64,000 bases of DNA from Bacteriovoracaceae bacterium (GTDB lineage: Bacteria > Bdellovibrionota > Bacteriovoracia > Bacteriovoracales > Bacteriovoracaceae). The position numbers and the translations under genes are program-made. The notes beneath the pieces are model-generated. The model made no database searches, was not told the DNA's origin, and was given only the letters and a program-made list of their open reading frames with translations. Of this stretch, positions 56,350 to 64,000 are shown piece after piece. The DNA is taken from assembly GCA_048270185.1 (NCBI GenBank), contig JBLWTJ010000001.1, positions 1,248,001-1,312,000 of the forward strand, in the 5' to 3' direction. Position 1 is the first letter of the stretch. Every line of letters starts with the position of its first letter.

Positions 56350-57921
56350 CTAGAATATTTCGTATTGTTCAACGTGGTAAGAGTTCTCTGAACGAATCTG
56401 AAGATTCACACCAAAGACTTCTTCCATCGTTTCGATAATATCAATCTCTTCACTACACAGAGATGCTGTCACCTCAGGGTGAGCGTAAATTGATACTTTC
56501 TTTGACTTTGGATTATTGCGAATTTTTTTTCCAAGTTCGCGTACAATTTCAAAACAAACAGTGCTTACCGTCTTAACAATGCCATTTCCATCACAGTACT
56601 GGCATGGCTCACACATAATTCGTGTAAGAGTGTCACGAGTTCTCTTACGAGTCATCTCAACTAAACCTAGCTCTGAAATCGGTAGGACTTTAGTTTTTGA
56701 GCGATCTTTCTTAAGCGCTTCTACTAAAGTGTTATAAACAGCTTCACGGTTTTCTTCTTTTTCCATATCGATAAAATCGATAATAATAATCCCACCGCAA
56801 TTTCTAAGTCTTAGCTGATATGCTATCTCTTTTACTGCTTCTAAATTTGTTCTAAGAATTGTTTCTTCGAGAGTCTTTCGCCCGACAAATTTTCCCGTGT
56901 TAACATCAATTGAAACAAGGGCCTCTGTTTGGTCAATATTTAATGATCCACCAGAGCGCAGGTAAACCTTATTACTAAGTCCTCTTTCGATTTCAATATC
57001 AACACCGTATTTTTCAAAAATAGGATTCGTTTCATCAAAGTATTTCGCCTTGCCTTTAATTTGTGGAAGGTACTTTGCTGCGAATTTCTCAACTTCTTTC
57101 ACACCATCTTTATCATCGATAATAATATTTTCCACATCTTCATCAGTGATGTCGCGAAGAACTCGTTGAATGAAAGTTAGGTCTTCATAGCAAAGGGCCG
57201 GAGCCTTTTCCTTTTCAGACTTCTTTTGAACTTCCTTCCAGATTTTAGTCAGCATATCGTAGTCAGTTTTAAGAGTCTTGTATGAACTCCCCTCTGCTAC
57301 AGTTCTGGCAATTACACCCTTACCTTCTGGGCGAATTGTTTCAAGCATTTCTTTTAAACGATCGCGTTCATCATCATTTTCAATACGGCGAGAAACACCA
57401 GTGTGTTCGATGAATGGCATATAGACAACGTAGCGGCCAGGAATCGTCACGTGACGTGTTACTCTTGGGCCCTTTGTTGAGATAGGCTCTTTTGCAACCT
57501 GAACAATAATCTCATCCCCTTCTTTAAGGAACGATTCAATAGTGGCAGAAGCTGGTCGCATTTTCATATCAACCGCTTCAGATAGAGTTGCCAACTCATC
57601 AGGAATCACAAGCCCTGAGTCTTGCTTTTCTTTTCTAATTTCTTCGGCCTTCTTTGCCATTTCTCTTTGTTCATCAATTGTTGGAAGATAGGCATCATCA
57701 ACATATAAGAAAGCAGCCTTCTCGTACCCAATATCAACAAAAGCTGATTGCATACCAGGCAGTACTCTTAATACTTTTCCGCGATAAATATTTCCAAGTC
57801 TTGGGTGTGGTGACGTTGTTGGTTTCGTTCTCTCCATAAGGAAGTCGAGAATTTCACCGTTCTCCATCAAAACAGCACGCCACTCGTTAACTGTTTTGTT
57901 AATAATCAAATCTTTAGACAT
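56350..57921 (-). CDS. rng: RNase E/G family ribonuclease (RNase G size)
   Basis: GNIYRGKV..LPGMQSAFVDIG, SIDVNTG, IIDFIDM, GLVEMTRKR, CQYCDG. Confidence 0.95.
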   Translation of the reverse strand: MSKDLIINKTVNEWRAVLMENGEILDFLMERTKPTTSPHPRLGNIYRGKVLRVLPGMQSAFVDIGYEKAAFLYVDDAYLPTIDEQREMAKKAEEIRKEKQDSGLVIPDELATLSEAVDMKMRPASATIESFLKEGDEIIVQVAKEPISTKGPRVTRHVTIPGRYVVYMPFIEHTGVSRRIENDDERDRLKEMLETIRPEGKGVIARTVAEGSSYKTLKTDYDMLTKIWKEVQKKSEKEKAPALCYEDLTFIQRVLRDITDEDVENIIIDDKDGVKEVEKFAAKYLPQIKGKAKYFDETNPIFEKYGVDIEIERGLSNKVYLRSGGSLNIDQTEALVSIDVNTGKFVGRKTLEETILRTNLEAVKEIAYQLRLRNCGGIIIIDFIDMEKEENREAVYNTLVEALKKDRSKTKVLPISELGLVEMTRKRTRDTLTRIMCEPCQYCDGNGIVKTVSTVCFEIVRELGKKIRNNPKSKKVSIYAHPEVTASLCSEEIDIIETMEEVFGVNLQIRSENSYHVEQYEIF

Positions 57922-57959
57922 ATATATTCCTTTTAAACTTTATCTCTTTAAATCAAATA

Positions 57960-58087
57960 TAGGAGTAAACCTCGGCGAGCGTCGCTCAAGCCAAAGAGTT
58001 TAACCTACTAATAATTGTACGACTGAGCAAGGTTTTACGCTAGAAGATATAATATTCCGCGTTAACCTACTCAGTTATTACAATTGT
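57960..58087. other. Two long imperfect hairpins upstream of rng (candidate structured UTR or sRNA)
   Basis: TAGG..TAAAC.TC.GGC.GAGC/GCTC.GCC.GAGTTTA.CCTA and AATTGTA.GACTGAG.AGGTT.ACGC/GCGT.AACCT.CTCAGTT.TACAATT. Confidence 0.55.
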
Positions 58088-58102
58088 AAATAATTTTAGA
58101 AT

Positions 58103-59317
58103 TTAGATAAAGATTCCAGCAACAGCTGCCGTCATGAAACAGGCCAAAGTCCCCGCTATAAGTGACTTTATACCAAGACGAGCAAGGTCTTGCTTGCGGT
58201 TTTCAGCAATCCCACCGATTCCACCAATTTGAATTCCAATTGATGAGAAATTAGCAAAACCACAAAGTGCATAAGTTGAAATAATAACCGAGCGCTCTGA
58301 TATATTACTCATATTAGCTCGAAGGTCGAGATAAGCGACAAACTCATTAAGTACGAGTTTCTTACCAAGTAGCGTTCCAACTACTTGCGCATCTTTCCAT
58401 TCAACACCTAGAAGCCATGCAAATGGAGCAAATAATTTCCCCATAATTAGCTCAAGAGTAATTCCTTCAAATCCAAACCAACCTGTGACAAGAGCAAGTC
58501 CACCATTTAACATGGCAACAAGTGCGATAATTGCAACAAGCATGGCACCAACATTAATAGCAAGCTTAACACCTTCACTTGCACCATTGGCCGCAGCATC
58601 GATTAAGTTAACACTACTATCTTTTAATTCTAATTTTAGATCACCTTTTGTTAATGACTCTTCTGTTTCAGGAATCATTAATTTTGCACAAACAAGTGCA
58701 GCTGGCGCCGACATAACTGAAGCTGAAAGTAAGTGAGCTGCATCAATTCCGAAACCAACATATGAAGCAAGAACTCCACCAGCAACTGTTGCCATCCCAC
58801 CAGTCATGAGGGCCATAAGCTCAGACTTTGTCATTTTGGAAATTAGTGGCTTAACAACAAGAGGTGCTTCCGTTTGACCTGCAAAGATATTTGCTGCCGC
58901 TGCAAGTGACTCAGCTCCTGAAGTCCCCATTACAAATGACATTACTTTAGCGAAAGCACGAATGATTACTTGCATAACACCTAAGTGGTAAAGAACACTC
59001 ATTAAAGACGACATGAAGATAATTGTTGGAAGTACCATAACAAAGAAGATAAACCCTGTTTTAGGTACATTTGTTAGAGGCCCAAAAAGAAATTCCGAAC
59101 CTTCATTTGTATAATTTAGAATTGATGTAAAGAAGCCGCGTGCTCCCTCAAAGAATCCCTGTCCTACTTGAGTTTTAAGAATAATTAGTCCAAATCCAAC
59201 TTGGAGTAGAACCCCAGAAATAACAAGTCGCCAATTAATTTTTTTACGATCAGTTGAAAGTGCAAATGCAATTCCAATCATTACTACTAAACCAAGTGCC
59301 GAAATGAATCTTTCCAT
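58103..59317 (-). CDS. nupC: Concentrative nucleoside transporter (NupC/CNT)
   Basis: GQTEAP, GMATVAG, NEFVAY, LCGFANFSSIG. Confidence 0.93.
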   Translation of the reverse strand: MERFISALGLVVMIGIAFALSTDRKKINWRLVISGVLLQVGFGLIILKTQVGQGFFEGARGFFTSILNYTNEGSEFLFGPLTNVPKTGFIFFVMVLPTIIFMSSLMSVLYHLGVMQVIIRAFAKVMSFVMGTSGAESLAAAANIFAGQTEAPLVVKPLISKMTKSELMALMTGGMATVAGGVLASYVGFGIDAAHLLSASVMSAPAALVCAKLMIPETEESLTKGDLKLELKDSSVNLIDAAANGASEGVKLAINVGAMLVAIIALVAMLNGGLALVTGWFGFEGITLELIMGKLFAPFAWLLGVEWKDAQVVGTLLGKKLVLNEFVAYLDLRANMSNISERSVIISTYALCGFANFSSIGIQIGGIGGIAENRKQDLARLGIKSLIAGTLACFMTAAVAGIFI

Positions 59318-59407
59318 TGTAATCCTTTAAATCTCAACTAAATTATTAGATAACCTTAGAATAAAGGTTGAGTAAGAGATGGACAATAGAAAATAGGAAT
59401 GAGTCTA

Positions 59408-59803
59408 CTAAAAGTTAAATGACCAGCCAACTTTAGGGTTTTGAGCATTGAATTTCTTGATATCAGTCGCTGTATTTTGAGCATGCCAGCTTAAACGACT
59501 AGTTGTATCAAATGACTTTGTATTACTTGCACCACGAATTGTCGCTTGTGACTTAGATGCCTGATTATAGGCAACAACACCAACACCGATAACAATACCA
59601 ACAGCACCACCAATTAAAATATTCTTTAAGTGATCACTAGGCTCTTCAACAAATGAAAGAGTTGATAAACCAAGAACTGCACCACCAAGCCCTAGTCCAG
59701 CAACAGTTGTTAAGTCACGAATTCCCTCTTCTTTAAAGCTAGTTTGAGCTGAAGCTTGGAATGAAAATGCTAGTAGTAAACATAATGTGATTAATTTTTT
59801 CAT
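59408..59803 (-). CDS. Secreted protein with glycine-zipper-like segments
   Basis: Signal peptide ending ASA; GLGLGGAVLG, GGAVGIVIGVG; C-terminal WSFNF. Confidence 0.65.
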   Translation of the reverse strand: MKKLITLCLLLAFSFQASAQTSFKEEGIRDLTTVAGLGLGGAVLGLSTLSFVEEPSDHLKNILIGGAVGIVIGVGVVAYNQASKSQATIRGASNTKSFDTTSRLSWHAQNTATDIKKFNAQNPKVGWSFNF

Positions 59804-59956
59804 GCTGATTAAGTCCTAATAGTTTATATGCTTTGCGCAAAGTTTCATCATTGCCACCTGTGATGGCCGTGTCTATAATGATCCTTTTCTTATTCTATAC
59901 GCTTTAGTAAATTGATGCAATAAATTGCACTCGAAGAAATAATTACAAGGGATACT

Positions 59957-61276
59957 ATGTCACAAAATTTTAGCGCATATCAAATCATCTCAAAAAAGAG
60001 AGATGGAAAGAAACTTAATGATGAAGAGATTAAGTGGTTCATTAATGGATTAACAAGTGGTGACGTCGCTGATTACCAGATGTCGGCCCTTCTGATGGCC
60101 ATTTATCTAAATGGAATGAGCGTTAAGGAAACTGCAGCACTGACAGATGCCATGCTCTACTCTGGAAAAACATTAAAGTTTAAAGGCTTGAACGTGATCG
60201 ACAAGCACTCAACAGGTGGTGTTGGTGATAAGGCATCGTTCATCTTAGGTCCAATTGCGGCGGCATGTGGAGTGAAGGTTCCAATGATGGCCGGACGTGG
60301 TCTTGGTCACACTGGTGGAACTGTTGATAAAGTTGAATCGATTAAAGGTTTTAAAACTGATATCACTCTTGATCAATTCAAAAAACAACTTAATAAAGAA
60401 AAGATCGTTCTTATTGGACAAACAAAAGATATCGCTCCTGCAGATAAGATCATCTACGGCCTAAGAGATGTAACTGGAACTGTTGAATCAATCCCTCTTA
60501 TCACTGCTTCAATCATGAGTAAGAAACTTGCTGAAGGCGCTAATGGTATTGTGATGGATATCAAAACTGGTGACGGTGCATTTATGAGTAATATCAAAGA
60601 TGCCAAAGCACTTGCAAAGAGTCTTCGTGATACAGCAAAGCGTTTTGATAAGCGTATGATCACAATGATTACAGATATGAACCAACCACTTGGACAATAT
60701 ATTGGTAATTCACTTGAAATTATCGAATCAATTGAAACTCTAAAAGGTAATGGCCCTAAAGATCTAACAGATATCAGTGTTAAGCTTGCCGGTGCTATGA
60801 TCTACATCGGAGGAAAAGCTGATTCACTAAAAGAAGGTGAAAAGAAAGCACAAGCTGTTATCGATAATGGAAAAGCACTTAAAGTTTTTAAAAACCTTAT
60901 TAAGGTGCAAGGTGGCGATGAGAAGGTTTGTGATGACTATTCTCGCCTACCATTGGCAAAAGAGAAGACTATTTTCACAGCCTCTAAGACTGGATATGTT
61001 TCGGCCATCGCCTGTAAGAATATGGGACTTCATTGCGTAAGCCTTGGTGGTGGACGAGCAAAAGCTAGTGACAAAATCGACTTTGGTGTTGGCTTTATTC
61101 TAAATAAGAAAATTGGCGACAAGGTTTCTAAAGGTGAAGCCCTTGTTGAAATCTATCATAATAAAAACCAGAAGAAGCAAGTTGATTCAATCCTTGCTGA
61201 ACTTAAAAAAGATATTAAGCTTACAACAACTAAGCCTAAGGCAAGTAAGTTAGTATTCGAGGTTAAGGAAATCTAA
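59957..61276 (+). CDS. deoA: Thymidine/pyrimidine-nucleoside phosphorylase
   Basis: DKHSTGGVGDK, GRGLGHTGGT, SIMSKK. Confidence 0.93.
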   Translation: MSQNFSAYQIISKKRDGKKLNDEEIKWFINGLTSGDVADYQMSALLMAIYLNGMSVKETAALTDAMLYSGKTLKFKGLNVIDKHSTGGVGDKASFILGPIAAACGVKVPMMAGRGLGHTGGTVDKVESIKGFKTDITLDQFKKQLNKEKIVLIGQTKDIAPADKIIYGLRDVTGTVESIPLITASIMSKKLAEGANGIVMDIKTGDGAFMSNIKDAKALAKSLRDTAKRFDKRMITMITDMNQPLGQYIGNSLEIIESIETLKGNGPKDLTDISVKLAGAMIYIGGKADSLKEGEKKAQAVIDNGKALKVFKNLIKVQGGDEKVCDDYSRLPLAKEKTIFTASKTGYVSAIACKNMGLHCVSLGGGRAKASDKIDFGVGFILNKKIGDKVSKGEALVEIYHNKNQKKQVDSILAELKKDIKLTTTKPKASKLVFEVKEI

Positions 61277-62097
61277 TGCACGCAATATTTAAAAGATTAG
61301 AAGAATCAAAAAGCTTTATTCAAAGTAAATACGACAAGTCACCAGAAGTTGGTGTTATCCTTGGTTCAGGCCTTGGTGAATTTGCAAACCTACTAGAGAA
61401 TAAAGTTGAAATTAGCTACGAAGATATTCCAGGTTTTAAAAAGACAAAAGTAAAAGGGCACAAAGGACAACTTGTTCTAGGTGAGCTTGGTGGAAAAGTT
61501 GTTGCAGTTATGCAAGGGCGTATTCACCGCTACGAAGGACACTCTCTTGATGAGGTGGTCTTTCCTGTTCGTGTTTTAAAGTCACTTGGAATTAATAATC
61601 TCATTATCACAAATGCTGCTGGTGGAATTAACACTTCTTATCGTTCTGGTTCATTAGTACTTATTACTGATCACCTAAACCTGACAGGAGAAAATTGTCT
61701 TGTTGGTGAAAATATTGAAGAGCTTGGAACTCGCTTCCCAGACATGACATATGCTTGGTCTCCTAAGCTTAGAAAAGTTGCTCATCAATCAGCTCAAAAT
61801 ATTTCATATGACCTCAAAGAAGGTGTCTATGTTGGTGTTCTTGGACCAACTTACGAAACTCCAGCAGAAATACGTATGTACCGTAACTTCGGTGGAGACC
61901 TAGTAGGTATGAGCACTGTACAAGAGTGTATTGCGGCCAACCACATGGGACTTGATGTACTTGGTATTTCTTGTGTTACTAATATGGCCGCAGGAATTGA
62001 GAATACTAAACTAAATCACGATGATATTAAGCACGAAGCTGCTCGTGTCATGAAAAAGTTCCTAGAATTACTACAAGAAGTCGTAAGTAATATTTAA
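61276..62097 (+). CDS. punA: Purine-nucleoside phosphorylase (trimeric type)
   Basis: ILGSGLG, GRIH.YEG, TNAAGG, GPTYETPAE, VGMST. Confidence 0.93.
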   Translation: MHAIFKRLEESKSFIQSKYDKSPEVGVILGSGLGEFANLLENKVEISYEDIPGFKKTKVKGHKGQLVLGELGGKVVAVMQGRIHRYEGHSLDEVVFPVRVLKSLGINNLIITNAAGGINTSYRSGSLVLITDHLNLTGENCLVGENIEELGTRFPDMTYAWSPKLRKVAHQSAQNISYDLKEGVYVGVLGPTYETPAEIRMYRNFGGDLVGMSTVQECIAANHMGLDVLGISCVTNMAAGIENTKLNHDDIKHEAARVMKKFLELLQEVVSNI

Positions 62098-62099
62098 TT

Positions 62100-62127
62100 A
62101 TTTCTCTCTACCTTGGTAGAGAGAAAT
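62100..62127. terminator. Perfect hairpin after punA
   Basis: TTTCTCTCTACC-tt-GGTAGAGAGAAA. Confidence 0.6.
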
Positions 62128-62185
62128 TTGTTATAATCTAAACAAATCGACCCCGAGTGAATACTCGGCTTTCTTTGGATTATAG

Positions 62186-63514
62186 ATGGAACAAAATTCT
62201 TCTCATAAGATGCTGGCAGACATGAGCTTTTGCGTCTTCGACCTTGAAACAACTGGTGGAAACCAGAAAAAAGATAAAATCATTGAAATTGGACTAGTAC
62301 AAATCGACAATTTAACTGTTGGTGCTAAGAAAAGTTTTCTTATCAATCCAGAAAGAAAGATTCCTGACTTCATTCAAAAACTAACGTCAATTACACAAGA
62401 AGAAGTAGAAGATGCACCAATTATTGATGATGTAATTGATGAGGTACTTGAGTTCCTAGGTGATCGCGTTCTAATCGCTCACAACTCTTCTTTTGATATT
62501 CCATTTCTAAATTCTGTTTTAAAAAGGCTTGGAAGAAAAGAATTAGAGAATAAAGGTCTTTGTACAAATCTAATGACAAAGTATTTGATTCCAACTCTCA
62601 TGAACTCAAATCTTAATTATATGTCGCGTGTTTTTAATATCTCTCACCAAAAAGCACACCGTGCCCTTGATGATGCAATAGCAACAGCACAATTATTTCT
62701 AATTTACTTAAATATCTTCATGGCAAAAGGGATTAAGAAAATTAATCACCTATACTACCCAAAGAATCGTTATGAATTAGACCTATGTAATTTTAAGAAG
62801 CAAAGTACTGATTTAGAAAAAATAAAAGAAAAAATGGAGTCAGTCTTCGCCCCATTTGTGATCACTGTTAAAGGTGAGAATGGAATCATTCTCTTCTCAT
62901 TCCCTTGCACAAATAAGGCCAATGAAATTGAATTCATTTGTGAGCGTATTAAGGATCTCGACTGGAAGACAATTTCGCTAAAATTAAGTGGCCCGATCTT
63001 AGAGTCTCTTATTCGCTTTAATCACTCTTTTAATAAAATGACAGAAGATGACCAACAAAAATCACTAAAACTTCTACGTCAAAATCTTATTGGAGATGGA
63101 ACTAAGGAAGAACTTCATCAACTTTACAAAGAACAAATCCAAAAAGTTAAACAAGCTGACTTCGTACTAATGAATCACCTTGTACCAGAGCAATATACTA
63201 TCTACCCTCTTGGTTCTCTAGGTATACGCCAAGGACTTATCTTTCGATATCCTGGTCATGACAAGAAACTAATTCAATATATCAATTCAAAGATCAATCG
63301 CAAGAAGTCAGGGAAGCTTAAAGAGATTCATGTCTCTAGCGACTTAAATGATCTTGTAAATCTCTATATGGCCAAATGCCTAAAGGAAGAAAAGGAATTG
63401 ATGATCTTTAAAGATTCATTTGCTCTTAAGAATAAGGAATTCTTCTTTATTGAATTGGATAAATTCTTAAAAGCCAATCCAAATAAGTACAACTATCCTA
63501 ACTCTTTTATTTAA
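62186..63514 (+). CDS. DEDDh 3'-5' exonuclease (DnaQ/PolC-like) with C-terminal extension
   Basis: FDLETTG, AHNSSFD, HRALDDA. Confidence 0.88.
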   Translation: MEQNSSHKMLADMSFCVFDLETTGGNQKKDKIIEIGLVQIDNLTVGAKKSFLINPERKIPDFIQKLTSITQEEVEDAPIIDDVIDEVLEFLGDRVLIAHNSSFDIPFLNSVLKRLGRKELENKGLCTNLMTKYLIPTLMNSNLNYMSRVFNISHQKAHRALDDAIATAQLFLIYLNIFMAKGIKKINHLYYPKNRYELDLCNFKKQSTDLEKIKEKMESVFAPFVITVKGENGIILFSFPCTNKANEIEFICERIKDLDWKTISLKLSGPILESLIRFNHSFNKMTEDDQQKSLKLLRQNLIGDGTKEELHQLYKEQIQKVKQADFVLMNHLVPEQYTIYPLGSLGIRQGLIFRYPGHDKKLIQYINSKINRKKSGKLKEIHVSSDLNDLVNLYMAKCLKEEKELMIFKDSFALKNKEFFFIELDKFLKANPNKYNYPNSFI

Positions 63515-63519
63515 AGTAT

Positions 63520-64000
63520 TTAGAGAAGGTTTTGAATAATAATATCCTGAGCAGATATTTGTACTTTAGAATTTTCCAGACCTAGTAAGTGAGTAATAAG
63601 ACGATTTAAGATCTTATTCTTCTGTCCTTCAATAGAAAGGTTTTTAACATTTAAGATGATATCGTGATCGATCTTAGAAAAAGAACATTCGATATTATTA
63701 GTTGAATCACCAATTAAAAGCTCATGATTTTTAAGAGTCATCATTTCACTTAGAATGAGATAAAGAATTATAGGAAGACTTGCTCCACTCACCTTTGTCT
63801 CTTCTAACTCACGAGAAACTTTTGTATCGATTGAAATACCAGATTCTATTTTTCGATTACTCAAAAGAGAAATTGATTGTTGAAGTATTTCTGAGAAATT
63901 TTGTTTTTGATTAAGTTGATCTTTAACACGAGCAAAGCCTAGAAATGTATGAATAAGATTCTTACAGCGATTGGCCGAAGCCTTCATCTCTTTTAGAATT
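63520..64000 (-). CDS. C-terminal part of a histidine-kinase-like protein with degenerate HATPase (start outside window)
   Basis: EMKASANRCKNLIHTFLGFAR resembles the end of HisKA; frame open to window edge; N/G boxes not evident. Confidence 0.5.
   Translation of the reverse strand, partial: ILKEMKASANRCKNLIHTFLGFARVKDQLNQKQNFSEILQQSISLLSNRKIESGISIDTKVSRELEETKVSGASLPIILYLILSEMMTLKNHELLIGDSTNNIECSFSKIDHDIILNVKNLSIEGQKNKILNRLITHLLGLENSKVQISAQDIIIQNLL

Noticed and set aside
528..61040. Many short ORFs antisense to or nested in recognised genes (e.g. 528..776, 21604..21966, 30131..30553, 46894..47208)
   Set aside because: Shadow frames of well-supported genes with no motifs of their own
1..64000. 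CRISPR arrays, prophage, IS transposases, rRNA/tRNA genes, recognised defence systems
   Set aside because: No spaced direct repeats, integrase/transposase/phage motifs or tRNA-like sequence seen; the WYL gene has no defence-gene neighbours

Overview
AT-rich, densely coding, mostly core-chromosome window. I found no integrase, transposase, CRISPR array, rRNA or tRNA. Gene content and style suggest a predatory Bdellovibrionota such as Halobacteriovorax/Bacteriovoracaceae (inference). Housekeeping loci: lptC/A-lptB-rpoN-hpf, mutS, aspS, polB, a four-gene aromatic amino acid operon, PomAB-like stator, rpsF/rpsR-DUF2232-rplI-dnaB-pabB, rng and a nucleoside salvage cluster. Most notable observations: (1) ribosomal proteins bS6 and bS18 fused in one ORF behind an S6:S18-type leader; (2) two intact RlmN paralogs about 2.6 kb apart; (3) an HExxH metallopeptidase plus ATP-grasp ligase operon; (4) a WYL-IspZ-minimal kinase-PP2C operon behind a FliA-like promoter; (5) two genes that appear to need ATA starts, one inside a compact cobalamin riboswitch; (6) an AAGGT-N7-ACCTT repeat family that forms a 206-bp inverted-repeat element; (7) long hairpins upstream of rng; (8) an unannotated Kazal-type inhibitor and a catalytically dead trypsin-like lipoprotein; (9) several apparently leaderless genes. 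All calls come from motif recognition by eye; no searches were run.
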